Positions 39,437 through 49,726 are shown, counted from the first letter of the stretch. The stretch is 64,000 nucleotides of DNA from Minisyncoccota bacterium (GCA_016211945.1 JACRHV010000003.1:69631-133630); one strand, 5' to 3'. Made by a program: numbers and translations. The notes: generated by a model not told the origin, from the sequence alone.

Positions 39437-39519
39437 GGTGTACTCCTTTTCTCTCTTTTTTCGATCAATACATCGCTATTGTACCAGAGACTTCATTGGG
39501 CTGTTTTTTGCAGTTCACA

Positions 39520-39555
39520 TTTTGTAAGGTTGTTGTAAGATTCGCATGATATTCT
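39520..39555 (+). promoter_or_regulatory. Third copy of the TTGTAAG-N4-TTGTAAG box plus -10 (TATTCT)
   Basis: TTTTGTAAGGTTGTTGTAAGATTCG-catga-TATTCT-gccaac-ATG. Confidence 0.65.
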
Positions 39556-39561
39556 GCCAAC

Positions 39562-39747
39562 ATGCGTACAAAACACCTTCTCGCAAATTATCTCTATGAC
39601 CTCAGTAAAATCACCTTTACTTCTTTCGTGGTTGGAGGGATACTGAACTACACGAGAGGCGGAACTGTTTTTGTTGTTATGGGAATAATATGTACTTTTA
39701 TGGCAGCGATATTTGGATATTACGTCTCTAAAAATGGAAAGGAATAA
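39562..39747 (+). CDS. Small two-TM membrane protein
   Basis: 61 aa, LANYLYDLSKITFTSFVVGGI..IFGYYV. Confidence 0.65.
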   Translation: MRTKHLLANYLYDLSKITFTSFVVGGILNYTRGGTVFVVMGIICTFMAAIFGYYVSKNGKE

Positions 39748-39749
39748 GT

Positions 39750-39923
39750 ATGTTTATCTCATTTTTCCAAAGATATCTTTTAGAACTTCAAGATAATTTT
39801 CTTATACAAGTCTATACTGTTGTCACAATTGTTCTCGGTTCCCTCTTGATTTGTAACTACATTACAGACAAAATCACGGCGTATAAACGCAAACACAAAC
39901 TCAACAAAAAACGCTTAACCTAA
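39750..39923 (+). CDS. Small single-TM protein with basic tail (57 aa, not in ORF track)
   Basis: Manual translation MFISFFQRYLLELQDNFLIQVYTVVTIVLGSLLICNYITDKITAYKRKHKLNKKRLT; AAGGA upstream. Confidence 0.5.
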   Translation: MFISFFQRYLLELQDNFLIQVYTVVTIVLGSLLICNYITDKITAYKRKHKLNKKRLT

Positions 39924-41222
39924 AATAATCTTCTCAAATCTCTCTTGATCCTTAAACGGCCCGATCATCGCAAAGTACAATTTCTTCTCATCCAACAATT
40001 TTTGTGCAATCGCATGAACATCTTCTAACGTAACCGCCTCCACTTTATCCAAGACCTCCTGTTGTGTTGTCACTTTCCCCTCAAGAAGCTGCTTGCTCCC
40101 GTAGTAATTCGCCAAACTTTCGCTGTCCTCAAAATCCAGCACTGTTTTCCCAATCACATAGTCCTTTGCGCGCCGAATCTCTTTCTCTGTTAAGGCACGC
40201 GAACCACGTGTATCTAATAACCCAAACACCTCGTCTTTCACCACCTTCACCGCCTCATCAACACGCGCAGGATCAACTCCAGCGGACGCGCCAAAGTTGC
40301 CAGCATCATGGTAGTAATCCAAGTCTGATCGCACGTAGTAACACAACCCCCGCTTTTCTCGAACCTCGGTGAATAATCGCGAGCTCATATTTCCACCAAG
40401 CACCACAGACAATACTCCCAAGGCATATTTTTCCGGACTCTTACGCATCAACCCCGGAACCGCCATCACAAAATGCGCCTGCTCTGTTTTTTTATACTCC
40501 ACACGCACACGAGGACCATTCGACAACACATCACCAAACTGCCGTTTTCCGCCATTTTCGCGGTCCGAGGTGTCGCTTGTTTTACTGAATACGCGTTCAA
40601 TTTCGGCCAACACATGTTTTGAGGACAGCGCTTCAGCGTCGCCCGCGATTGTTACTACCATGTTCCCCAATCCATACCACTGCTTCATGTACTCGACAAA
40701 ATGAGTTCTGTTCAAACCATTGACCGTTTCTTTTGTCCCAATAATGTCCCGACCCAAATCGCTCCCCGCATACATGAGCTGCTCAAACACATCGCCAATG
40801 TGCCGCGCCGGCGTGTCCGCGTACATGTTCATTTCTTCAATGATCACGCCTTTTTCTCTCTGGAGATCATCCTCAAGTAGCGCAGGAGTGAGTAGCATGT
40901 CAGACACTACGTCTAGCGCAAGTCCAATGTGCGCGCTCGCGGACTTGACGTAATATCCCGTGTATTCTTTTGAGGTAAAGGCGTTAAACTCCGCACCAAC
41001 AGCATCAACCGCTTCTGCGAGAATCTTGGGTGTTGGATATTTCGCAGTCCCCTTAAACACCATGTGCTCCAAAAAATGCGAGATTCCTCCCCATGTTGCT
41101 GGCTCGTATCGCGAGCCCGTGTTCACATACGCAAGCACCGTTGCGGATCGAACCCCCTTCATTGGAATCAACAACACCGTAAGGCCGTTGGATAACACGT
41201 GCTTGGAGTAATCTTGTTTCAT
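39915..41222 (-). CDS. M16 family zinc peptidase
   Basis: GISHFLEHMVFKGT, NAFTSKEYT, SSRLFTEVREKRGLCY. Confidence 0.95.
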   Translation of the reverse strand: MKQDYSKHVLSNGLTVLLIPMKGVRSATVLAYVNTGSRYEPATWGGISHFLEHMVFKGTAKYPTPKILAEAVDAVGAEFNAFTSKEYTGYYVKSASAHIGLALDVVSDMLLTPALLEDDLQREKGVIIEEMNMYADTPARHIGDVFEQLMYAGSDLGRDIIGTKETVNGLNRTHFVEYMKQWYGLGNMVVTIAGDAEALSSKHVLAEIERVFSKTSDTSDRENGGKRQFGDVLSNGPRVRVEYKKTEQAHFVMAVPGLMRKSPEKYALGVLSVVLGGNMSSRLFTEVREKRGLCYYVRSDLDYYHDAGNFGASAGVDPARVDEAVKVVKDEVFGLLDTRGSRALTEKEIRRAKDYVIGKTVLDFEDSESLANYYGSKQLLEGKVTTQQEVLDKVEAVTLEDVHAIAQKLLDEKKLYFAMIGPFKDQERFEKIILG

Positions 41223-41250
41223 TATGGAATGGATTGTAGCATACGAGAAT

Positions 41251-42546
41251 ATGAAGTTTTTGAAACGAGTGATGTCCCTGCTTCCAACCTGCGGCATCGC
41301 GTTCATCGCGTTTCTTATTCCAACGAATCTTTTTCTGAAATACGTGTATGACGGTGCGTTTGTCAACGGAACATTGGTTGATTATCTCCTCCCCAAATTT
41401 TATCTGTCCGATATTCCAATTATGATCCTGCTGGCTCTCTGGATTCCAAAAATTTCAAGTTCCGCAAAAAAACTCATGTTTTTATTTGTGGCCTTTGCAG
41501 GTGTTCATCTACTATTTTTGACCAACAACGTGGAGGCACAGTATTCCATGCTTTCCACCGTGTGGTTTCTCGCCAAACTCGGAGAGATGCTTTGGTTTAG
41601 CTTATGGTGTGTCGGACATGCCTCACACCAGTGGTTTCGAAAAGGCATTGTCATTGGATTGTGCCTTGCGATCGGGGTGCAGGTGGCGGTTGGAACATAC
41701 CAGTATGTTGAACAGCGATCTTTCCTTGGATATCGTTTTCTTGGAGAGCCACTCCTTGAACAGTCACCGATGATCGCGAAAAGTAAAAGCGTTGGAGAAG
41801 TTCGTATACTTGCGTACGGAACCACACCACATCCCAACGTCCTCGCCGGATTCACATCTCTTTCTACATTACTCATTTTTTCATTGATCAATCGAGAAAA
41901 AATAAAACATAAAAAAATATTGATTTTCTTCTTGGGGACAACACTTGCTCTTGTGTTGTTCATTACACAATCACTCTCGGCTCTTTTTGGGTTGATTTTC
42001 GGTGTCATCACGTTGGTCTTCACATCTCACACAAAACAACAATCGCATAAGAAAATGAGCCTACTTGTGGTCTTAGGGGTGAGTATTCTTGTCCTTATGC
42101 CTATTGTGTTGTTCGGCATTAGATATATGCAGCAAATAAAAATATACGATGATCAAAACACCTCGGTTTTGCGAAGAACGCAACTTCAAACAATCGCAAC
42201 ACGCGCTTTTCTCCAAAGTCCGCTCACTGGAATTGGACTGAACCAGTTCACGACTCGTGTCGAGGAGTTCGGAATGGTTTCTGCAACCACACGTTTTCTT
42301 CAACCGGTCCACAATGTACTACTTCTTTGGCTTGCAGAAACGGGAATTTTAGGGATTCTTTTTTTGATCCTTTTTATATATTTTGGAAACAGATATTACT
42401 CACTGAATTTTTCATATATTTCAGTTTTTTTTATTCCATTATCGATCATTTTATCTCTGGATCATTACCTCTTTATGCTCCAACATGGACAACTCTTGTC
42501 TGCGATTTTAATAGGGTTTTTGATAATAAAAAAGATTCATCGATAA
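41251..42546 (+). CDS. O-antigen ligase-like (Wzy_C) membrane protein
   Basis: YGTTPHPNVLAG, GIGLNQF, PVHNVLLLWLAETG. Confidence 0.85.
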   Translation: MKFLKRVMSLLPTCGIAFIAFLIPTNLFLKYVYDGAFVNGTLVDYLLPKFYLSDIPIMILLALWIPKISSSAKKLMFLFVAFAGVHLLFLTNNVEAQYSMLSTVWFLAKLGEMLWFSLWCVGHASHQWFRKGIVIGLCLAIGVQVAVGTYQYVEQRSFLGYRFLGEPLLEQSPMIAKSKSVGEVRILAYGTTPHPNVLAGFTSLSTLLIFSLINREKIKHKKILIFFLGTTLALVLFITQSLSALFGLIFGVITLVFTSHTKQQSHKKMSLLVVLGVSILVLMPIVLFGIRYMQQIKIYDDQNTSVLRRTQLQTIATRAFLQSPLTGIGLNQFTTRVEEFGMVSATTRFLQPVHNVLLLWLAETGILGILFLILFIYFGNRYYSLNFSYISVFFIPLSIILSLDHYLFMLQHGQLLSAILIGFLIIKKIHR

Positions 42547-42551
42547 TTTTA

Positions 42552-42581
42552 TTCGAGTAGTGTAGTCCTTCACTACGAGAA
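42552..42581 (+). repeat. Conserved-loop hairpin element, copy 1 of 4
   Basis: TTCGA-GTAGTG-TAGTCCTT-CACTAC-GAGAA. Confidence 0.65.
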
Positions 42582-42600
42582 GAAAAATATCGATGAATCT

Positions 42601-44289
42601 CTACATAACCTCGGGAGCCTGCATTCCAAGAAGTGTTAATCCATTTTTCAATACCTGTGCAACCGCTGAAGTGAGAAGAAGTCTGTATCCGGCAAGATCT
42701 CCTCCACTGAGAATGGGATGATCTGCATAGTACGCATTAAACGCCTGAGCAAGGTCAAAAAGATACGTACAGACATGATGTGGTGCATACTCTGTTGCGG
42801 CGCGTTCAACAACTTCAGGAAACTGCTCCAACAGGTGTTCTACTTGCGTGATCTCAAGATCCTGTAAACGGTCGTATTTCTCGGAGATACTCAGTTCTTT
42901 TTCCTTTGCTTTCTTCAAGACGGAAGTTGCGCGTGCATACGTGTATTGAATATACGGTCCGGAATTTCCTTTCAGGTTCAACACATCATCCCATACAAAC
43001 ACGACATCTTTGGACGACTCACGCTTGAGGTCGTTATACTTCAGCGCCCCAATGCCGACTTCCTTGGCAACCTTTGGATTAAACGATGACGCACGCTGGA
43101 TTGCCTCCTGAAGCACGTCCTCCAGCCATATCGTGTTCCCTTTTCGCGTGCTCATTTTCCCATCTTTGAATCGAAGCATACCGTGGCCTACATGCACCCG
43201 TTGCGACTTCTTCACATATCCCAATTTCTCCTCCACCTCGAACAATTGACGGAAATACAAGGTTTGTTCTGCTCCTACCTCGTTCACGATCAAGACATCT
43301 TTCCCCCAAGTCTGCACTCTGTACCGATCAGTTGCGAGATCGCGCGTGGAGTATAACGTTGCGCCATCCTTCTTTCGCACCATAAACGGCGGATACTTCT
43401 CGTTCTCGAAAAACACGAGGAGTGCCCCCTCACTCTCCTTCGCCAACCCCTTATTCTGAAGTTCCTGCAAAACCTCGCCCATTTTGTCCTCGAAGAAACT
43501 TTCGCCCAACATCATGTCGAATGACACATGAAGCAGTTCATAGAGCTTTGCAAACTGCGCCATCGACCAATCTACGCACATCTTCCAAATTCGTTTTGCC
43601 TCGGGATCGCCCTGCTCTAGTCGGACAAACCAGGCGCGAGCCTGATCTTCAAGCGTTGGATCCTTCTCTGCTTCCGCGTGAAACTTTACGTAGAGATCAA
43701 CAAGGTACTTTACCGGATTCTCACTCTTTGCCAACGCATCTTCGTCACCCCAAAGTTTGAGCGCGACAATCTGCTTGCCAAACTGCGTCCCCCAGTCGCC
43801 AAGATGGTTGTCACGCAAAACAGAATAGCCGGAAAACGAGAGAAGTCGTGCGATCGCGTCTCCAATAATGGTCGACCGCAAATGACCGATCGTAAAGGGT
43901 TTTGCGATGTTTGGTGACGAGAACTCGACAATCGCGGTTCTCCCCTTCCCTATGTGTGATTTCCCATACGATTCGCCTTCTTTTCGTATTGTGGATACTC
44001 TGTCTACAAAATACTTTTTTGATAGGAAAAAATTGATAAAACCAGGACCAGCTATTTCAACTTTATCAAGTAATTCATGTTTTTTTTCTAAAATTGAATG
44101 AACAATTTTTGTCGCCAATTCATGAGGATTTTGATTTTTTTGCTGTGCCGCGATCATCGCTGCGTTTGTCGCAAAATCACCATGTGCGTGCTGGGTTGGA
44201 TGTTCAAGAGTAAACGAAACAAGATCGCATTCTTGTTTTGCAAGAGCCTCGTGGAGTATTGCGGTAAGTTGGTCTCGTGCGGATTTCAT
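42601..44289 (-). CDS. argS: Arginine--tRNA ligase
   Basis: EFSSPNIAKPFTIGHLRST, GDWGTQFG, KMSTRKG, YIQYTYAR. Confidence 0.97.
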   Translation of the reverse strand: MKSARDQLTAILHEALAKQECDLVSFTLEHPTQHAHGDFATNAAMIAAQQKNQNPHELATKIVHSILEKKHELLDKVEIAGPGFINFFLSKKYFVDRVSTIRKEGESYGKSHIGKGRTAIVEFSSPNIAKPFTIGHLRSTIIGDAIARLLSFSGYSVLRDNHLGDWGTQFGKQIVALKLWGDEDALAKSENPVKYLVDLYVKFHAEAEKDPTLEDQARAWFVRLEQGDPEAKRIWKMCVDWSMAQFAKLYELLHVSFDMMLGESFFEDKMGEVLQELQNKGLAKESEGALLVFFENEKYPPFMVRKKDGATLYSTRDLATDRYRVQTWGKDVLIVNEVGAEQTLYFRQLFEVEEKLGYVKKSQRVHVGHGMLRFKDGKMSTRKGNTIWLEDVLQEAIQRASSFNPKVAKEVGIGALKYNDLKRESSKDVVFVWDDVLNLKGNSGPYIQYTYARATSVLKKAKEKELSISEKYDRLQDLEITQVEHLLEQFPEVVERAATEYAPHHVCTYLFDLAQAFNAYYADHPILSGGDLAGYRLLLTSAVAQVLKNGLTLLGMQAPEVM

Positions 44290-44296
44290 GCGATTA

Positions 44297-45181
44297 TCAT
44301 ATCACACGCCAGGTTTTCCATACCGTCTTGCCATCCGTCTCCAGTTCGATTTCACCATCGATATCTGTACGAAAGGTTTGGATGTGATATTTCTCGAGTA
44401 ATTGAAGTACTCTCCTTGAGGGGTGGCCGTACCCGTTTCTTTTTCCGACTCCAAGAAGTGCGATATGCGGACGTAACTTCTCGAGGAAATCTTCGGATGT
44501 TGAGTTGTTTGATCCATGATGGCCGATTTTTAGTACCGTCACAGGAAGCAGTTTTCCAGAGGAAATGAGCTCTTTTTCCTGCGGAATCTCAAGGTCTCCA
44601 GTAAACAAGGCGCTAAAACCCCCAAATTCCAGCCGTAATGTCAGCGAGTTGGCGTTTGTACTCTCTTTTTTTGCTGATCTCTTACTTGAATTTTTATCCT
44701 GTACATCATACTTTTCTTCGTTTTTCTCATATGTCCATATTGTGGTCCATGTAAGTGGTCCCCCGAGAAAAACCTCATCTTTTTTTGGATGAAAAACTGG
44801 GATTTTTTGCTTCGAATACGTCTCAGCAAGCGTTTTATACGTTTGTGTCTCGCTGTTCTGTCCATTTGTTATGATTTGATCTATTTTGTATGTGTTCATC
44901 ACATGAATAAGCCCGCCAATATGGTCTTTATCGGGATGTGTTGCGACAATGACCTCGAGTGTTCTGTCAAAGAATGGCATGTTTCTCGATAAGCACTCGA
45001 GGACTTTCTCTGATGATCCTCCGTCAATGAGCACCTCGTACATCTTGTATCGCAAAAGATAGGCATCTCCTTGTCCAACATCACACGCAATGACATGAAG
45101 AGTTGGTGAAATCACTGTTTCAACGGCAAACCAGGCCAATAGCACGAATGTTACCCATATAAAAAGATATTTTTTGTTCAT
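44297..45181 (-). CDS. ComEC-associated metallo-beta-lactamase-fold protein
   Basis: DVGQGDA, THPDKDHIGG, FTGD, KIGHHGS, YGHP, RTD. Confidence 0.9.
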   Translation of the reverse strand: MNKKYLFIWVTFVLLAWFAVETVISPTLHVIACDVGQGDAYLLRYKMYEVLIDGGSSEKVLECLSRNMPFFDRTLEVIVATHPDKDHIGGLIHVMNTYKIDQIITNGQNSETQTYKTLAETYSKQKIPVFHPKKDEVFLGGPLTWTTIWTYEKNEEKYDVQDKNSSKRSAKKESTNANSLTLRLEFGGFSALFTGDLEIPQEKELISSGKLLPVTVLKIGHHGSNNSTSEDFLEKLRPHIALLGVGKRNGYGHPSRRVLQLLEKYHIQTFRTDIDGEIELETDGKTVWKTWRVI

Positions 45182-45226
45182 ATTTCAACTCTTTTTATCT
45201 TCATTCAAACATAGCACTCACCTGCG

Positions 45227-46510
45227 CTATATGCTAATCAAGAGTACTCGAGAGAAAAATCGATATTTTTTTGCGATGATTATAGAGATCAGAACGATAT
45301 GAAAGAGGACAAACCAGATCATCGCGATTATTTCTGCATAAGATGCAAAACTCCACTCAGTATACGGGATTCGAGCAAATATCTCAATTCCCCGCATAAA
45401 TATGTCGAGTATATACCACAAGATTACATTGATAAGTCGAGCTATTTCTGGTGAGATATATGAAACAAGAAATGATGCTATTCCAGTTAAAGTCATTGGA
45501 GGCAGCATCCAGAGGAGAAACGCGTTTGCAATAATGCCGATGACGTTAATTTTATGGAAATACCAGAGGAAAATTGAGCCAGACTCCATAAAAATACTTA
45601 TCCCATAGAGAAAAGGTAAAAACCACGCGTATTTCCATCGAATTACTCGAGGAAAAAGAGGTGGGATGCCGTAAATACCAAAAAGCGCACATGTAGAAAG
45701 TTGGAACGACATGTCGTGTATCAGGAGAGGTTGACAGAGTAAAACGATCATTGTCGCCTGGAAAAAGAACCACAATGTCATGTTTTCTTTGCCAAGAAAC
45801 CGTGCAGTCAACCGAAAAATAACGAGAAGATATGAGCGAATAACCAGAGGTGAGATGCCCAAAAGCAGGATGAAACATGACTCACCAAAAAGAAAAAGGA
45901 GAAAATATGCCGTTGTATGCCTCCACCTCGAGAAAAAGAACTGAAAAATATAGTCAAAAAGGAGCAGATTGTATCCAGAAACGGTCATGATATGAATCAA
46001 GCCCGATTGAATGAGATTCTCATGTGTGGTAAAACTTGTATCTAGAGAATAGCCCAACAGCACCCCGAGAAATACGCGGGCATGGATAAAAGGCAAAGAA
46101 TATACGAAATAATTGATCAGTTTCTCTCGAGTTTTTCCGATATTCCACACTATTTTTTGAATTGAATATTTACCCGAATCTCTACCTCTTAGAATAAAAT
46201 GATGAGAGCTTACTATCAATCTTTTTTTATATGACAATCGATCTGGCACACGACTATATATAGTGCCAGGTTCTGCACGAATAAATACTAGATCTCCCAT
46301 CTCTATCTGGTTTTCCTCTGGTAGGATATACCGAATATGACCCGTATCGAAGACGTAAGAATACCGAATATATTGTGGTGCACTATAGATAAGGAGTGTT
46401 TTTTCAGAAAACGACGTCTTGTTCTCTCGTTGTTCTATTCCATATTCATGCAAATATCGCAATATTATTAATAGTATTAAAGATAGCGTAAGAATATAAA
46501 ATCGAATCAT
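45227..46510 (-). CDS. comEC: ComEC/Rec2 competence channel domain protein
   Basis: SGLIHIMTVSGYN, VIRS, SFQLS; multi-TM. Confidence 0.85.
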   Translation of the reverse strand: MIRFYILTLSLILLIILRYLHEYGIEQRENKTSFSEKTLLIYSAPQYIRYSYVFDTGHIRYILPEENQIEMGDLVFIRAEPGTIYSRVPDRLSYKKRLIVSSHHFILRGRDSGKYSIQKIVWNIGKTREKLINYFVYSLPFIHARVFLGVLLGYSLDTSFTTHENLIQSGLIHIMTVSGYNLLLFDYIFQFFFSRWRHTTAYFLLFLFGESCFILLLGISPLVIRSYLLVIFRLTARFLGKENMTLWFFFQATMIVLLCQPLLIHDMSFQLSTCALFGIYGIPPLFPRVIRWKYAWFLPFLYGISIFMESGSIFLWYFHKINVIGIIANAFLLWMLPPMTLTGIASFLVSYISPEIARLINVILWYILDIFMRGIEIFARIPYTEWSFASYAEIIAMIWFVLFHIVLISIIIAKKYRFFSRVLLISI

Positions 46511-46540
46511 ATTGGTTGATTTTTACCACAAAAAATGTTT

Positions 46541-47152
46541 TCACAATTCTTCCTCAGTGGAAAATGTAATGCGTGATTTCGATGTTTCTAGTACTGATTT
46601 CGGCAATTCCGATCGTTTAGCAAAATCGTCAAAAGAAAGATAAGGCCTGTGTTCGATGACTGTTTTTGCTCTCGTCTCACCCACCTCTAATACTTGCTGG
46701 AGTTCCATGAGTGTCGCGGTATTTACAGGTACCTTGCGCGCTCTGCATATCTGCGCAAGTATCTGTGCCTCGTCTTTTGCTGGTACGTAAACGTGAAGCT
46801 CATGCGTGAGACGCTCAGAAAGATTGAAGGACCGTGCAAGATAGTACGGATCTGCCATTTTGGAGAATCCACCCGCCCTCTCTACCCCATCCTGAATGAG
46901 AGATCCTTCGTCAAACATATAGACTCCTGGCTTTTGGACAGCTCCAGAGATATACGTCGCAATTTGTTTTGGTCGTACGGACACGGTAGCTTCCTCTACC
47001 TGGGAAATACAATGTAGTTGTGGTGGATCCTGACGTGGACCTGCAAAATACAGGTAGAGTCCAATGCCAAAAGAAAATATCCCAATGAATGTAGAAATGA
47101 ACGGGAAAATTCGAGCAACGATTGTGTGGTGACCATCGGAAAAGCCGAGCAT
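46541..47152 (-). CDS. comEA: ComEA-like DNA receptor (SLBB plus HhH)
   Basis: TM, ISGAVQKPGVY, AGG, VNTATLMEL..VGETRAKTVIEHRPY. Confidence 0.85.
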   Translation of the reverse strand: MLGFSDGHHTIVARIFPFISTFIGIFSFGIGLYLYFAGPRQDPPQLHCISQVEEATVSVRPKQIATYISGAVQKPGVYMFDEGSLIQDGVERAGGFSKMADPYYLARSFNLSERLTHELHVYVPAKDEAQILAQICRARKVPVNTATLMELQQVLEVGETRAKTVIEHRPYLSFDDFAKRSELPKSVLETSKSRITFSTEEEL

Positions 47153-47158
47153 ACGCAG

Positions 47159-47196
47159 AGCATACAACTCGATTCTTACAATTAGCTTACAAAAAG
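47159..47196 (-). promoter_or_regulatory. Tandem TTGTAAG-N4-TTGTAAG box plus -10 (TATGCT) upstream of comEA
   Basis: CTTTTTGTAAGCTAATTGTAAGAATCG-agttg-TATGCT-ctgcgt-ATG. Confidence 0.7.
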
Positions 47197-47218
47197 GTAA
47201 CTCGTTTTCTTGAGGGCG

Positions 47219-49690
47219 TTATGCACAGACAATGTTCACCAGTTTGCCTGGAACGACGATGATGTTCTTGATCGACATTGTAGAGAGAATCCGGGCAATT
47301 TTTTCCTCTTTTTGCGCGTTGTGTTCAAGAAGTGCTTTGTCCTTTGCATCACTTGACTGTACAGCCATTTTTCCGCGGAACTTGCCATTTATTTGAATAG
47401 CAATCTCAACCATATCATCAAGAGTGAGCGATTCTTCATATGCGGGCCAGTGTAAGGTGTGAATCGAGGAAAATGGTGTTGTTTTCGGTTGAAAAAGCGT
47501 TTGGTAGAGTTCTTCGGTCATATATGGCGCAAACGGAGCTAAAAGGCAGAGAAACTTGAGTGCGTCATCCTTTCCCATCATCTCGCCCTCACTCAGCCAA
47601 AGGTTTGTACACTCCATCATCGCGGCAATGCAGGTGTTGTACTTGAAGTCAGCCATGTCTGTGGTGCATTTTTTGATTGTTTTATGGAGTTTTGTTTGAA
47701 GTTTAGGTGACGTTTTTTGTGAACCGGTAACGAGTTTCTCATGGAAAAGCCGCCAAACCTTCTGCATCCATCGCTCCATACCGGCAATTCCGGTATCTCG
47801 GAAATCGCCCCCTTGATTGTATGGCCCCAAGAACATGAGGTATGTTCTGAGTGTGTCTACTCCAAATTTTTCAATGTATTCATCCGGATTGACAACATTT
47901 CCTTTGGACTTGCTCATCTTGGAACCATCTTTAATGATGAGACCGTGGCCAAAGAGGAACGGAAACGGTTCTTCAAACTCGAGGTATCCCCAATCTTTCA
48001 GCGCCATTGTGACGAATCTTGAATATAGTAGGTGGAGGACTGCGTGTTCTGCCCCACCGATGTAGGTGGTCACAGGAAGCCATTTCTTCGTGATTGCCGG
48101 ATCAAAGGGTTGGGTTGCGGCAGAGGCGGCAAAAAGTGAGGGGTAGCGGAGAAAGTACCAGCTTGAGTCGAGAAAAGTATCAGAGACGTCAGTCTCGCGC
48201 TTGGCTTTTGCCCCGCAGGTTGGACACGCGGTATAGAGCCAAGTTTTTGGTGCTTTCTCTAAAGGAGACTTGCCATCGCCGGTTGGTTTGTAGTCTTGAA
48301 TAAACGGAAGTTCTACTGAAAGTTGGTCCTCTGGGACCGCCTGCCAACCGCACTTCTTGCACTCGACCATGGGGATAGGCGGTCCCCAAAATCGTTGTCT
48401 TGAGATAAGCCAGTCGCGGAGGTGGTAGGAAATAACACGTTTCCCCCATCCATGTTCTTCAAAATAATCCATAGTTTTTTCCATCGCATCGTGGAATTCC
48501 ATGCCGTCCAAAAATTCTGAGTTCACCATCGTTCCACCATCGGTAACAACCTGTTTGAGTGAAGTTATCGCACCATCAAATCCATCTTTTCCTATGACTA
48601 CCCTCGGGATTGGAATCTCAAATTTCTTCGCAAACTCAAAATCGCGCTCATCATGACCAGGACAACCTTGAACAGCGCCCGTTCCCACAGTTCCTAGTAC
48701 AAAATCAGAAATCCAAACAGGAATTTCTTTCTTTGTAACATGATTTAACACATATAAACCCGTGAATACTCCTGTTTTCTTTTTTTCTTCAATTTTCCTT
48801 TGTTGATCGGATTTGTTCAAAGCCTCTTGCGTATATTTTTTTACTTGCTCAAGATTTTTCTTTGGAACTTTAATGATTTCATCAATAATATTGCGAACTA
48901 GTTCATGTTCCGGTGCCAAAACGAGAAATGTTGCGCCAAAGTTCACAGGTTTTGTGGTAAAACAAATGATTGTTGCTGTGCTACCAACCACTTGATAAAC
49001 AATGTTTATTCCTGCCTTTTTCCCAATCCACTGCCGCTGTGCAATCCGAATCTTCTCTGGCCACTTCAAGCCCTCAATATTCGTTAACAGTCGATCTGCA
49101 TAGTCCGTAATTTTGAAGAACCACTGTTTTGCTTCCTTGCGTTCAACTTCTGATTTACATCGTTCACATTTCCCATCCTCAACTTGCTCATCAGCGAGAA
49201 CCGTTTTGCATGAAGGACACCAGTTCACTTGCGAGCTTGCCTTATACGCCAAACCATGTTTGAACATTTGAACGAACAGCCACTGTGTCCATTTGTAATA
49301 CTCAGGATCATATGTTTCCAAACGCTCATTCCACGCGAAACCGTTGCCAATAGTACTGAGTTGGCGATAGAAATTTTTCTCCGAAACCTTTGCTTGCTCC
49401 GCCGGGTGTTTTCCAATCTTGATGGCGTAGTTCTCCGAGTGAATACCAAAACCATCAAGGCCGATCGGCTCAAACACATCATGTCCCAACATTCGTTGAT
49501 ATCGTCCATAAATATCCGCACCTGAGAAAGCGTACATATTTCCAACATGCAAACCTTCAGCCGAGGGATATGGAAACATCATGAGGTTGTAATACGGTTT
49601 TTTTGCGGTTGAAAGATTGGGTTCATACACCGCATGATCCTGCCACATTTTGGACCATTTTTTGCTTGCGGTTTGATGATCATACGCCAT
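47219..49690 (-). CDS. leuS: Leucine--tRNA ligase
   Basis: MFPYPSAEGLHVGN, DWLISRQRFWG, KMSKSKGN. Confidence 0.97.
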   Translation of the reverse strand: MAYDHQTASKKWSKMWQDHAVYEPNLSTAKKPYYNLMMFPYPSAEGLHVGNMYAFSGADIYGRYQRMLGHDVFEPIGLDGFGIHSENYAIKIGKHPAEQAKVSEKNFYRQLSTIGNGFAWNERLETYDPEYYKWTQWLFVQMFKHGLAYKASSQVNWCPSCKTVLADEQVEDGKCERCKSEVERKEAKQWFFKITDYADRLLTNIEGLKWPEKIRIAQRQWIGKKAGINIVYQVVGSTATIICFTTKPVNFGATFLVLAPEHELVRNIIDEIIKVPKKNLEQVKKYTQEALNKSDQQRKIEEKKKTGVFTGLYVLNHVTKKEIPVWISDFVLGTVGTGAVQGCPGHDERDFEFAKKFEIPIPRVVIGKDGFDGAITSLKQVVTDGGTMVNSEFLDGMEFHDAMEKTMDYFEEHGWGKRVISYHLRDWLISRQRFWGPPIPMVECKKCGWQAVPEDQLSVELPFIQDYKPTGDGKSPLEKAPKTWLYTACPTCGAKAKRETDVSDTFLDSSWYFLRYPSLFAASAATQPFDPAITKKWLPVTTYIGGAEHAVLHLLYSRFVTMALKDWGYLEFEEPFPFLFGHGLIIKDGSKMSKSKGNVVNPDEYIEKFGVDTLRTYLMFLGPYNQGGDFRDTGIAGMERWMQKVWRLFHEKLVTGSQKTSPKLQTKLHKTIKKCTTDMADFKYNTCIAAMMECTNLWLSEGEMMGKDDALKFLCLLAPFAPYMTEELYQTLFQPKTTPFSSIHTLHWPAYEESLTLDDMVEIAIQINGKFRGKMAVQSSDAKDKALLEHNAQKEEKIARILSTMSIKNIIVVPGKLVNIVCA

Positions 49691-49726
49691 AACTTGGGGT
49701 ATTGTAGCATAAAAAAACTCAATAAT

